A DNA stretch of 49,271 nucleotides from Nanobdellota archaeon. Its GTDB lineage: Archaea > Nanobdellota > Nanobdellia > SCGC-AAA011-G17 > JACPIM01. The notes under the pieces are model-generated. The model saw only the letters and a program-made list of their open reading frames with translations. It ran no database searches and had not been told where the DNA came from. This document shows, in pieces, positions 1-8,995 of this stretch (positions are counted from its first letter, which is position 1; every line of letters starts with the position of its first letter). The stretch is taken from positions 1-49,271 of the forward strand of contig JBBSWN010000013.1 in NCBI GenBank assembly GCA_038046265.1, given 5' to 3'. The translations under genes were made by a program, and so were the position numbers.

Positions 1-44
1 AATGTGGGTTTTTAAATATTACTTTTTTGGAAAAATTAATGTAT

Positions 45-154
45 CGGGCCTACGAGGATTCGAACCTCGACCAGAAGCTATCCTCGTTTTTGCTTAAGCT
101 TTTTTGAAAAGCTTACTCCGAAGGCTACTGTTCTATCCATTAAACTATAGGCCC
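45..154 (-). tRNA. intron-containing tRNA, probably tRNA-Arg(UCG); 38-nt intron at the canonical 37/38 site (plus-strand 80..117)
   Basis: The reverse complement folds with a GGGCCUA/UAGGCCC acceptor stem, GUUU/GAAC D-stem, CGAGG-UUCGAAU-CCUCG T-arm and discriminator G. The anticodon loop CU-UCG-G is interrupted after position 37. One U-U mismatch in the anticodon stem makes the isotype tentative. Confidence 0.8.
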
Positions 155-255
155 ATAACCTTTTTAGGAAAAAGCTTCACCAAAAAGAAGCTCAACTAAA
201 AAGGATTGATAAAAATTAATAGAAATCTATTTAAAAAGTTATTTCCTTTTATAAT

Positions 256-1569
256 TTGAAAAAAATGGGTGATTTAGACAATTTCTTTTATCCAAAAAGT
301 GTTGCTGTAATTGGAGCATCAAACAAGCATGGGAAAGTCGGAAATGCCTTAATGCTGAATTTGAAGAAATTTAAAGGAAGAGTTTACCCAGTTAACTTAA
401 ATGAAAAAAGTGTTTTGGATTTAAAAGCTTATAAAAGTGTTTTAGACATTAAGGAAAAAGTTGACTTAGGCGTAATTGCTATTCCAGAGAAAGTAGTTTA
501 TTCTGTTTTAGAAGAATGCGGAAAAAAAGGAATAAAGAATGTAATTATAATAACTGCTGGTTTTGGGGAAGCTGGAAATAGTGAAGGACAAAAAAGATTA
601 ATTCAAATTTCCAAAAAATATGGAATAAGGATATTAGGGCCTAATAATTTTGGGAATGTAAATCCATACATTAATTTAGATACTTCTTTTTCTAAATTAA
701 CGCCTGAAAAAGGGAATGTTGCTTTAATATCACAGTCAGGAGCTTTGTGGGTTTACATCAGCCAATTAAGTTTAGGACAATTTGGATTTTCAAATTTTTC
801 CAGTTTGGGAAATATGGTTGATGTTGATTTTTCTGACTTAATTGAATATTTGAACAAAGAAAAAAATACAAAAGTTATTGTCTGCTATATTGAGACTTTG
901 AGAAACGGGAAAAGATTTATGGATGTATGCAGGAAAAGCAAAAAACCGATTATTGCTATTAAAGCTGGGGCAACCTCTGCTGGACAAAAAGCTGCTTTAA
1001 GCCACACTGGAAGTTTAGCTGGAGAAATTGAAATTTACAAAGCTGCTTTCAAACAATGCAATGTAAGTTTTGCTGAAACTGTTGAAGATGCTTTTGACAA
1101 AGCACAATTTTTGGTTCACCAGAAATTAAAAGGAAACAAGACTGTAATAATAACCAATGGTGGCGGATTGGGAGTATTGTGCGCTGATTATTGCGCAAAA
1201 AACAAATTAGATGTTGTGAAATTGCCTGAATCTTTAATAAAGCACTTGGATGTAAGCCATAACTGGAGCAGAAATAATCCTATTGATTTAGTTGGTGATG
1301 CTGACGAGAAAAAATACAGAGAGATATTTTTGAAATTGGAGGAAAATAATTTCTTTGACAATGTTATTGTTATATTAAGCCAGCAGGAGATGATTGATGT
1401 TTACAAAGTTGCAAAAGAAGTTGTTGATTTCAGGAAAAGAAGCAATAAGAATGTTGTTTGCTGCTTGGTTGGTATTGGGGAGAATATTGAAAAAGCTAAG
1501 AAACTATTGAAAGAAAATGGAATAATGAGTTTTTTTGAACCTGAGAGATGCGCCAAGGTGTTAAGCTAA
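256..1569 (+). CDS. acyl-CoA synthetase (ADP/NDP-forming) alpha-type subunit, with CoA-binding and succinyl-CoA-synthetase-like domains
   Basis: N-terminal CoA-binding motif SVAVIGASNKHGKVG, ISQSGAL, and the phospho-His loop SHTGSLAG. The ORF opens with TTG at 256; an ATG at 265 lies about 27 nt downstream of a TATA-like ccttttataat. No ATP-grasp beta subunit is adjacent. Confidence 0.75.
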   Translation: MKKMGDLDNFFYPKSVAVIGASNKHGKVGNALMLNLKKFKGRVYPVNLNEKSVLDLKAYKSVLDIKEKVDLGVIAIPEKVVYSVLEECGKKGIKNVIIITAGFGEAGNSEGQKRLIQISKKYGIRILGPNNFGNVNPYINLDTSFSKLTPEKGNVALISQSGALWVYISQLSLGQFGFSNFSSLGNMVDVDFSDLIEYLNKEKNTKVIVCYIETLRNGKRFMDVCRKSKKPIIAIKAGATSAGQKAALSHTGSLAGEIEIYKAAFKQCNVSFAETVEDAFDKAQFLVHQKLKGNKTVIITNGGGLGVLCADYCAKNKLDVVKLPESLIKHLDVSHNWSRNNPIDLVGDADEKKYREIFLKLEENNFFDNVIVILSQQEMIDVYKVAKEVVDFRKRSNKNVVCCLVGIGENIEKAKKLLKENGIMSFFEPERCAKVLS

Positions 1570-1614
1570 ACGGCTACCATTACAAACTATTGTTATTTTA
1601 TTTAGAAAGTAAGG

Positions 1615-4074
1615 CTATGCTTTTAACTCATTATTATTTTTGACAAAATTATGATTAATTTCAATGGCTTCGAAACTCTGCAAGATTGCCCTCTTTGCAA
1701 CATGAGTTTTATGCTTTTTAAAAAAACTTTTTACTTCATTTAGTTTATCCAAAGTTTTGAATCTATGCAAGCATACTTTGATTATATTTGACATCATATG
1801 CCCTTCATGATATCTTTTGTAATATTCATCATAATTTTCTTTAAAGAACTGCCAACCCAAGTCATCTGCAAAATAGTTGCTTCCAACTGCAGACAAAATA
1901 TACACTGCATCCTGACTTCTCACATGTTTTGATAAACTAAATTCCAAAGCTTTTCTTAAAATATGTTTTTGCCTGAAATTTCCTAGAGAAGCCAGAATTC
2001 TCATTTTTTCTTCCTGCAATTCTTCTTTTATGTACATATCTTTTAATAGTTCAAAAGTTCTTTCATCCCCTGTATGGGCTACCAAACTATAAATTACACT
2101 TCTCAAGTTTGGATTTATTTTATTTCCTGCTAAATGTTCTTTAAATCTCTTATTTGCTTCTTCGATAATTTGCTTGTGATCACTAAATCCTAATGAATAT
2201 AAGACCGTTGTTCTCAACAAAATGTCAGAATGAGTCTCACCAGGCTTTTGATCCCACCCAACTTTCTTGTATATGTCGGAAAATAAACTAATAAAAAACT
2301 TGTTTAGTTTTTCTGAAAATTTTTCATAAAACAATATTTTTATTTTTTCCAAGTTTGCTGCTGTATCATTCCATAACACATAATTTGTTTCATTCTTGAA
2401 TCTTTTGACTAAATTTAGATATTCATCTACTTTAACATAACAACCTCGGGACAATGAATAAAAATCATTTTCCATCCCGATTTTATCAATCATATTTAGA
2501 TTAGAATTAATTAATTGATAAAACAAGGATTTATCATAATTAACCCTGTAAAAACCGATCTGGCCTGGGTTAATCAAGTTTAAATTTTTTACCTTGAAAA
2601 TTCTGGATTTCATATTATAATATTTTACATGATTGCCTTCAAGAACACTCAATGGAATATGCCACAAGCTCTTGTCTTTTTTCTTCAAATAGAGAAATCT
2701 TTCCTGCTTAATCTTTTTATCTGAAAAAGATATTATCGGGTAGCCTGTCTGCCTTGTCCAGTGATGCATCATCTTTTTTACAGGCTTTTTAGAAATTTTC
2801 TCCAAAGAATCCCATAAATCGTCTGTTGTTGCGTTTTTGTACATAAATTTAGATAAGTAATATTTTAGACCAGTTCTAAAAACTTCCTCTCCAAGATAAG
2901 ATTCAAGCATTCTTATTACTGCAGATCCTTTATTATAACTGATTGCGTCGAAAATTTCAGATATTTCTGCTGGGTTTTTTACATTTACTTCAATTGGATG
3001 GCTGTTACTTAGGCTGTCTAAATGCTGGGCTGAAGTCCTTACATCTACCAAGTACTTTGTCCATATATCGAATTCTGGAAATAATTTATCAGTAACTTTA
3101 TACTCAATCCATGATGCAAACCCTTCATTTAACCATAAATCATTCCACCATTTCATTGTAACCAGGTTTCCAAACCACTGGTGGGCTATTTCATGATTTA
3201 TTGTGTGGACTATGTTTTCTTTTATTCTTTCTGAAGAGTTTTTTTCATCAAACAACAACTGAGTTTCCCTGTAAGTTACCAAGCCCCAATTCTCCATTGC
3301 GCCTGATTCAAAGTCAGGAATTGCTATTAAATCCAGTTTTGGCAGAGGATAAGGAATTTTAAAATACTCGTTATAAAATTCTAAACTTCTAACAGCAACA
3401 TCCAGGGCTAATTTTCCCCTTTCTTTTTTTCCTGGAGTTGTGTAAATTCTGACTTTTGTGTTATCTTTTGCTCTGCCTTCAACATATTCCAGATCTCCTA
3501 TTATGAAAGCCAATAAGTAAGTTGACATTAAAGGAGTTTCTTCAAAGACAAATTTCTTTAGACTATTTTGAACAAATGATTTTTTAAGAGGCATATTTGA
3601 AATAGCGTCAAGATCTTTTGGAATATTTAATGTTAATGAGAATTTTGCCTTCAAGTCTGGCTGATCAAAACATGGAAAGGCTTTTCTTGCGTCTGTTGAT
3701 TCAAACTGGGTTGTAAGCATTATTTTTTGCTTATCTCTTATACTGTAAGTGCTTTTATACCAGCCGCGCAAATCATCCCTGATTTTTCCTTCAAACTCCA
3801 AATACAGATTTATTGCTCCTTTTATCTTATTTTGGAATGCAAATTCTGCTGTCTGATATTTTTCATTGTAAGTTATTTTCTTTAATTTATTATTTTTTAT
3901 TTCAGCCTTTTTTATTTTTATATCCTGGCAATTTAACTTTAATTTACTTGAACTTTTAAGAATTTTTATTTCTATATTTACTTTTCCAGAGAAATTTAAA
4001 CTATTAAAGTCTGGAGTTAATTCCAAAGCATATTTTAAAGGAATAACTTTATTTGAAAGAAGATAAGGATTCAT
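1615..4074 (-). CDS. M1-family aminopeptidase (aminopeptidase N / tricorn-interacting factor F3-like)
   Basis: GAMEN exopeptidase motif (ESGAMENWG) and zinc motif HEIAHQWFGN...WLNEGFA in an 819-aa ORF. Confidence 0.9.
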   Translation of the reverse strand: MNPYLLSNKVIPLKYALELTPDFNSLNFSGKVNIEIKILKSSSKLKLNCQDIKIKKAEIKNNKLKKITYNEKYQTAEFAFQNKIKGAINLYLEFEGKIRDDLRGWYKSTYSIRDKQKIMLTTQFESTDARKAFPCFDQPDLKAKFSLTLNIPKDLDAISNMPLKKSFVQNSLKKFVFEETPLMSTYLLAFIIGDLEYVEGRAKDNTKVRIYTTPGKKERGKLALDVAVRSLEFYNEYFKIPYPLPKLDLIAIPDFESGAMENWGLVTYRETQLLFDEKNSSERIKENIVHTINHEIAHQWFGNLVTMKWWNDLWLNEGFASWIEYKVTDKLFPEFDIWTKYLVDVRTSAQHLDSLSNSHPIEVNVKNPAEISEIFDAISYNKGSAVIRMLESYLGEEVFRTGLKYYLSKFMYKNATTDDLWDSLEKISKKPVKKMMHHWTRQTGYPIISFSDKKIKQERFLYLKKKDKSLWHIPLSVLEGNHVKYYNMKSRIFKVKNLNLINPGQIGFYRVNYDKSLFYQLINSNLNMIDKIGMENDFYSLSRGCYVKVDEYLNLVKRFKNETNYVLWNDTAANLEKIKILFYEKFSEKLNKFFISLFSDIYKKVGWDQKPGETHSDILLRTTVLYSLGFSDHKQIIEEANKRFKEHLAGNKINPNLRSVIYSLVAHTGDERTFELLKDMYIKEELQEEKMRILASLGNFRQKHILRKALEFSLSKHVRSQDAVYILSAVGSNYFADDLGWQFFKENYDEYYKRYHEGHMMSNIIKVCLHRFKTLDKLNEVKSFFKKHKTHVAKRAILQSFEAIEINHNFVKNNNELKA

Positions 4075-4153
4075 AATAATTAGGAATTTACTTTGTTTAA
4101 ATATTTTTTGCTTAAATTTTACTAAATTGATTTTTCGAAAAATAGTTACAATT

Positions 4154-5161
4154 TCAATCTTTTGGTGACTTTGTCATGGGGATTTTCTTGTTATTTTTAT
4201 AGATGAAAACATCTTCTATTCTAATTCCAAATTTATTGTAATATCCTGGTTCTAGTGTAAAAATCATGTTGTCTTTAAATTTATCATTTGATAAGGATGA
4301 TATTCTAGGGTTTTCATGAACTTCTAGGCCTATGCCGTGTCCAAGGCTATGAGTAAAGAATTTTCCAAGATTTTTTAATGCCAAGTTATGAAGATTTTTT
4401 GGATCTAAGTTTTGAGAAATGCACTGTTCTTGAGTTTCAAGAACTTTGTTGTATGTTTGTACTTGTTTTTTATTTGGACGGCCAATGAATATAGTCCTTG
4501 TTATGTCAGAGCAGTAATTTTTATATTTAACCCCTAGATCAATTACTGTAAAACCTTTTAACTTTGAGTTAGCTGAAAGATGATGAGGGTTTTTTGAGTT
4601 TAAATTTGATGCAACTATTGGAGTAAAAGAAGGTTCTAAGTTTAGGTCGAGGATTCTTTTTTCAATGAATTTTTTAAGATTAATTTCTGTTTTTGCTTTT
4701 TTTGCATAGCTTATAGATTCTTTGATTAATTTGTCGGCATAGAAACAGGCTTTTTTTATTAAATCAACTTCAGTTTCTGTTTTTATAGATCTTAGTTTTT
4801 TTATTTCTTCTGAAATATCCTTAAATCTTGCTTTTTTGAATTTTGCTTTTAGGAATTTTAAGCTGTTTAAGTTTGTATAGTCCTTGTCAATTCCTATTGT
4901 TTTTGGCCTTAGCTTTTTTATTTTATTAAACATTTTGTTATCAATTTTCTGGATGTTTTTTATTTTGGATTTTTCTGCTATTGACAATTCAATCGGGGAA
5001 ACAAAAAGAACTGGATTTTTATTTATCAACAAAATTGAATTAATGTGAGAAATTTGAGTGAAGTAAACAAAATTGGGGTTTACTTTTTCTGCTGAATTTG
5101 ACAATAAAGCCAAGTTTATGCTGCTTTTTTCCATAAAAGACTGGAATTCTTTTAATTTCAT
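4154..5161 (-). CDS. M24-family Xaa-Pro peptidase
   Basis: Pita-bread metal ligand motifs DLGVKYKNYCSDITRT, HSLGHGIGLEVHE, and EPGYY...IRIED. Confidence 0.85.
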   Translation of the reverse strand: MKLKEFQSFMEKSSINLALLSNSAEKVNPNFVYFTQISHINSILLINKNPVLFVSPIELSIAEKSKIKNIQKIDNKMFNKIKKLRPKTIGIDKDYTNLNSLKFLKAKFKKARFKDISEEIKKLRSIKTETEVDLIKKACFYADKLIKESISYAKKAKTEINLKKFIEKRILDLNLEPSFTPIVASNLNSKNPHHLSANSKLKGFTVIDLGVKYKNYCSDITRTIFIGRPNKKQVQTYNKVLETQEQCISQNLDPKNLHNLALKNLGKFFTHSLGHGIGLEVHENPRISSLSNDKFKDNMIFTLEPGYYNKFGIRIEDVFIYKNNKKIPMTKSPKD

Positions 5162-5207
5162 AAGAATAGAAAATCTTTATTAAGTATTTAAATTTATATT
5201 TTACTAT

Positions 5208-6407
5208 ATGGATAAAACAGTATTGAAAAATGGACTGACAATTATTTTTGAAAAGACAAAAAGCAAATCAATTACTTTAGGTATTTGTGTTAAAACAGGC
5301 TCAGTAAATGAAACTAATGAAAATAGGGGGATTTCCCATTTTTTAGAGCATTTGATTTTTGAAGGAACAAAGAACAGAACTGGTAGGGAAATAGTAAAGG
5401 AAATTGAGGGTGTAGGAGGGGAATTTAATGCTTTTACAAATTATGAGCTTACGTTTTTTTATGCCAAGGTTTTAAGCAAATTTTTCAACAATGCTTTAGA
5501 TGTTATTTCTGACATTTTAAAAGATTCATTATTTGAAGACAAAATTATTGAGAAAGAAAGAAAAGTTGTTTTGGAAGAAATGAATTTGTGGAAAGACGAG
5601 CCAAAATCATATCAATGGTATCTTTTTCATAAGGCGCTTTACAAAAATCATCCTGCGAAGTATCCAGTCATAGGATTTAAAGAAACTCTTCTAAGATTAA
5701 AGAGAAATGATATTTTAGATTATTTTGACAAATATTATGTTCCAAACAACATGGTGGTTATTTTAACAGGGGACATAACACCAAAAATAAAAAGCAAATT
5801 AAAAAAAGAATTTGATGAATTAAAATTCAAACCTATTATCAAGCCAGAAATTAAAGAGGAAAAAGAAAACTACGGGCTTAGAATAAAAAAGAGAAAAGAT
5901 GTTATTCAGTCTTATTTTATAACTGGATTTAAAACAGTTACTTTAGGACATGAAGACAGCTACGCTTTAGATTTATTGAGTGTTATTTTAGGATGGGGCC
6001 AGAGTTCAAGATTATTTAATGAAATAAGAATGAAAAGAGGGCTTTCTTATGATGTTGGGGCGACGCATGAATGCAACAAAACTTTCGGGTATTTTGGAGC
6101 TTATCTAAGCACTGAACCCAAAAATCTAGAACTATGTAAAAATTTAATATTAAATGAGTTTAAGCTTGAAAAATTAACTGATAAAGAAATTGATGATGCA
6201 AAGAATATGATTGAGGGCTTGAAGTTATTAAGAAATGAAGATACAAAAGAGCTCGCTTTTTCTTTAGGATACTGGGAAAATTCCAGCAAAGCAGAAGACT
6301 TTTACAATTATATAAAGAAATTAAAAAAAGTTACAAAACAAGATATTTTAAGAGTTCACAAGAAATACTTTACAGGAAAATACAGCGAAATTTTAATTGC
6401 TAAATGA
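5208..6407 (+). CDS. M16-family (insulinase/pitrilysin-like) zinc peptidase
   Basis: Inverted zinc motif HFLEHLIFEG (HxxEH) near the N-terminus; the length and two-domain layout are typical of the family. Confidence 0.85.
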   Translation: MDKTVLKNGLTIIFEKTKSKSITLGICVKTGSVNETNENRGISHFLEHLIFEGTKNRTGREIVKEIEGVGGEFNAFTNYELTFFYAKVLSKFFNNALDVISDILKDSLFEDKIIEKERKVVLEEMNLWKDEPKSYQWYLFHKALYKNHPAKYPVIGFKETLLRLKRNDILDYFDKYYVPNNMVVILTGDITPKIKSKLKKEFDELKFKPIIKPEIKEEKENYGLRIKKRKDVIQSYFITGFKTVTLGHEDSYALDLLSVILGWGQSSRLFNEIRMKRGLSYDVGATHECNKTFGYFGAYLSTEPKNLELCKNLILNEFKLEKLTDKEIDDAKNMIEGLKLLRNEDTKELAFSLGYWENSSKAEDFYNYIKKLKKVTKQDILRVHKKYFTGKYSEILIAK

Positions 6408-6409
6408 AT

Positions 6410-7708
6410 TTAAGGAGTATATCTTACCATTGTTCTTGGGAAGGCTATTGCATCTTTAATATTTTCCAATTTACAAATCCAAGCAATAACCCTTTCTACA
6501 CCCATTCCAAAACCAGAATGAGGAACAGAACCAAATTTTCTTAGTTCCAGGTACCATGAATAATTTTCAGGCTTTTCACCTTGCTGCTTTAATCTTTCTA
6601 TTATTTTTTCTGAACTTGATTCACGTTCAGAACCACCGATTATTTCACCATAACCTTCTGGAGCCAGACAGTCAAAACCCAAGACTACTTTTGGATTTTT
6701 AGGATCTTCAAGCATATAGAAAGCTTTTATTTCTTTAGGATAATGAGTTACAAAAATTGGAGTATCAAATAAATTAACTAGTTTTTCTTCTTCGATTGTT
6801 CTTAGGTCTTTGCCCCATTTTACCTTCATGTTTTGTTTTTCAGCAAGTAATTTTAAAGCTTCATCATAAGTAATTCTTGGAAATTTTTTTTCTAGGCAAG
6901 GCTTTAATTTTTCTATGTCTCTTTCTAATATTTTTAATTCTTCTTTGTTTTTTTCAAGAACTGTTTTTACAATATGCTTTATTAATTCTTCTGCCAAATT
7001 CATTAAATCTGCAAAATGAAGCCAGGCAGCTTCTACTTCAGCATGCCAGTATTCTGTCAAATGCCTTGAAGTTTTAGATCTTTCTGCCCTAAATGAAGGA
7101 GCAATGCAGTAAATTTTTTCCAATGCGAAGATAACTGCTTCTGCATATAACTGCCATGACTGTGTTAGATACATTGGCTTTCCAAAGTAATCTACTTTAA
7201 ATAATGTTGAGCCGCCTTCACAAGCATTTGGTGTAAATGAAGGACTTTGATGTTCAAAGAAATTATTTTTCCTGAAATATTCGTGGATTGCACCAAAGAC
7301 AGTTGACCTTATTTTTAGTATTGCTGTTAATTTTCTTGATCTTAACCATAAATGCCTGTTATCTAATAATAGTTCTTCAGACTGATCTTTTTTTATAGGA
7401 AAAATGTCAGCAAAACCAATAACATTTAACTTTTTTACTTGAACTTCATAATCTGTTACTGCTCTTTTATCTTCTTTAATGTCCCCTTCTAGTTCAACTG
7501 AGCTTTCAACTAATATTTTATTTGCAGATTCCCATTCTTTTTCAGAAACATTTTCTTTTTTAACCACAGTTTGAATAATATTAGAGTGGTCTCTTATAAT
7601 CAAGAAAACTAGATCTTTCTGCTTTCTTTCCCTATAAACCCAGCCATGTATTTTTACCTGGCCTGATTTTTTTTCCAGTGCTTCTTGAATTGATAAAGCA
7701 GTTTGCAT
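6410..7708 (-). CDS. asnS: asparaginyl-tRNA synthetase
   Basis: N-terminal OB anticodon-binding domain. Class IIb motif 2 FRAERSKTSRHLTEYWHAEVE and motif 3 GFGMGVERVIAWI...AFPRT match the AsnRS pattern rather than AspRS. Confidence 0.85.
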   Translation of the reverse strand: MQTALSIQEALEKKSGQVKIHGWVYRERKQKDLVFLIIRDHSNIIQTVVKKENVSEKEWESANKILVESSVELEGDIKEDKRAVTDYEVQVKKLNVIGFADIFPIKKDQSEELLLDNRHLWLRSRKLTAILKIRSTVFGAIHEYFRKNNFFEHQSPSFTPNACEGGSTLFKVDYFGKPMYLTQSWQLYAEAVIFALEKIYCIAPSFRAERSKTSRHLTEYWHAEVEAAWLHFADLMNLAEELIKHIVKTVLEKNKEELKILERDIEKLKPCLEKKFPRITYDEALKLLAEKQNMKVKWGKDLRTIEEEKLVNLFDTPIFVTHYPKEIKAFYMLEDPKNPKVVLGFDCLAPEGYGEIIGGSERESSSEKIIERLKQQGEKPENYSWYLELRKFGSVPHSGFGMGVERVIAWICKLENIKDAIAFPRTMVRYTP

Positions 7709-7750
7709 CCTAGAAAAATAGAAATGGGTTATTTTTAAAGTATATCTTTA

Positions 7751-7767
7751 GAAAAGCTTAAATATAA
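7751..7767 (+). promoter_or_regulatory. BRE/TATA-like promoter for vapB (leaderless geometry)
   Basis: gaaaagcttaaatataa; the TATA starts about 30 nt before the ATG at 7787. The same GAAAAGCTT-TAWA pattern recurs at other gene starts in this window. Confidence 0.45.
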
Positions 7768-7786
7768 CTAAATCTAACTAATATAT

Positions 7787-8008
7787 ATGGAAGAAGAGAT
7801 TAGAGCAAAGGCTAAGAAATGGGGAAGCTCAATAGGAATTATAATTCCAAAAGAAATAGTCGAAGCTAAAAAAATCAAAGAAAATGATGAAATACTTATA
7901 GAAATAAAAAATCGGCCTTTAGCTGGAGAATTTTTTGGTAGATTTCCAAGAAAATCTAAAAAGACAGCACAAGAAATAAAAGATGAAATGAAAAGGGGAT
8001 GGAATTAA
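7787..8008 (+). CDS. vapB: AbrB/SpoVT-fold antitoxin (VapB-like)
   Basis: KKWGSSIGIIIPKEIVEAKKIKENDEILIEI is a swapped-hairpin AbrB-type motif. The 73-aa ORF overlaps the downstream PIN gene by 10 nt. Confidence 0.75.
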   Translation: MEEEIRAKAKKWGSSIGIIIPKEIVEAKKIKENDEILIEIKNRPLAGEFFGRFPRKSKKTAQEIKDEMKRGWN

Positions 8009-8370
8009 ACAGATATTTTTTTGACAGTTATGCTATTATTGAGATTCTAGACGGTAATCAGAATTATGCTAAATTTAGTAATGAACCTGTCATAATTACT
8101 TTATTTAATCTTGCCGAAATATATTGGTTTTGTATTAATGAATATGAAGAGTTTAAAGCAAACGAAATTTATAGCAAATATAAACAAGCTATCATGTCAA
8201 TTTCTGATGACATATTGAAAGAAGCTATGAAATTCAGGAAAGAACATAAAAAACAGGATCTTTCTTATACAGATTGTATTGGCTATATCTTTGCAAAAAA
8301 GAATAATTTAATTTTTTTAACTGGAGATAAAGAATTTGAAAAGATGGAAAATGTAGAATTTGTCAAATAA
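7999..8370 (+). CDS. vapC: PIN-domain ribonuclease toxin (VapC-like)
   Basis: Acidic PIN residues occur in the expected order (FFDSYA, NLAEIYW, YTDCIGY, LTGDKEF). The 123-aa ORF is coupled to an AbrB-type partner. Confidence 0.75.
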   Translation: MELNRYFFDSYAIIEILDGNQNYAKFSNEPVIITLFNLAEIYWFCINEYEEFKANEIYSKYKQAIMSISDDILKEAMKFRKEHKKQDLSYTDCIGYIFAKKNNLIFLTGDKEFEKMENVEFVK

Positions 8371-8835
8371 TTATTCTATGAATTCTTCGATTATTGGATT
8401 AACTATTTTTAAAAAATCCTGGGTTTTCATTACAATGCTTTTCGTCATTAAACCAGCATTAAAAGCTATTTCTTCATTTCTTAACAAGGATTTATCTACA
8501 AGAGTTTTAATCTTGAAAATATTGCCAAAAGGAGGGACTTCACCTGGAACACAATTAGTAACTTTTAAGACTTCTTCTTTTGTTGCCAAACTTAGGCTTT
8601 TTTTAGTTATTATTAATCTTAATTTTTTTAAGTCTATTCTTTCATTTCCAGGAAGAACACACAAGAAGAATTGACCTTCTGACCTTAAAATAATGGCTTT
8701 AGCACCCTGCTCTTCTTTAGTTCCTCTTACTCTTGCTGCATCTTTGGATGTTGGTGTTGGTTCATGATCATAGACTTTATAGGTTATTTTATTTAAGTCT
8801 AGAAGCTTCTTTATTTCATTAAATACTTGCTCCAT
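8371..8835 (-). CDS. YbaK/ProX-family aminoacyl-tRNA deacylase domain protein
   Basis: Pattern HEPTPTS..AA...G......AKAIIL...F.L.VLPG..RIDLKKL...G.VPPFG....LVD.SL....IAFNAG is typical of the YbaK/EbsC family. Confidence 0.7.
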   Translation of the reverse strand: MEQVFNEIKKLLDLNKITYKVYDHEPTPTSKDAARVRGTKEEQGAKAIILRSEGQFFLCVLPGNERIDLKKLRLIITKKSLSLATKEEVLKVTNCVPGEVPPFGNIFKIKTLVDKSLLRNEEIAFNAGLMTKSIVMKTQDFLKIVNPIIEEFIE

Positions 8836-8853
8836 ACATCAAAAATCTAAGTA

Positions 8854-8870
8854 GGAAACTTTATAAATAA
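8854..8870 (+). promoter_or_regulatory. BRE/TATA promoter for tRNA-Asn
   Basis: ggaaactttataaataa lies about 28-30 nt upstream of the mature tRNA 5' end at 8893. Confidence 0.5.
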
Positions 8871-8892
8871 TTTTATTGAGAATTCTGTATAT

Positions 8893-8994
8893 GCCCGGAT
8901 AGCTCAGACTTTGTCTTCAAATGAGCAAAGGAGCAACAGGTAGAGCGCATGGCTGTTAACCATGAAGTCGGAGGTTCGAGTCCTCCTCTGGGCG
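8893..8994 (+). tRNA. tRNA-Asn(GUU) with an intron of about 28 nt inside the D-loop
   Basis: GCCCGGA/UCUGGGC acceptor stem, and GCUC...GAGC D-stem separated by 37 nt instead of 8-10. The anticodon arm CAUGG-CUGUUAA-CCAUG and T-arm GGAGG-UUCGAGU-CCUCC are intact; discriminator G. Confidence 0.85.
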
Positions 8995-8995
8995 T

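Noticed and set aside
80-117. A hairpin inside the tRNA-Arg intron (AAGCU-UUUCAAA-AGCUU) looks like an anticodon arm with a UCA (opal suppressor/Sec-like) anticodon.
   Set aside because: It sits inside the 38-nt insert. Using it as the anticodon arm leaves no consistent D-arm to anticodon-arm junction or variable region. The canonical fold with CU-UCG-G interrupted at 37/38 explains all arms.
6101-7077. Short antisense ORFs 6101..6289 and 6877..7077. Many similar track entries were also considered, for example 9321..9503, 10856..11095, 11315..11626, 12244..12435, 13380..13648, 13884..14570, 15664..16123, 17091..17285, 17912..18801, 19740..20467, 21751..22041, 22841..23908, 25110..25883, 27469..27654, 30406..30648, 31646..31852, 32290..33184, 34499..36007, 36282..36464, 37533..37820, 38789..40600, 41167..41433, 42441..44794, 45874..46134 and 47332..49029.
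   Set aside because: All lie within or antisense to longer ORFs with recognisable family motifs. Leu/Phe/Ser/Ile-rich translations are the expected artefact of AT-rich DNA.
8360-8674. A plus-strand 104-aa ORF following vapC.
   Set aside because: It is entirely antisense to the YbaK-like gene, which has clear family motifs, and its sequence has a low-complexity shadow-frame character.
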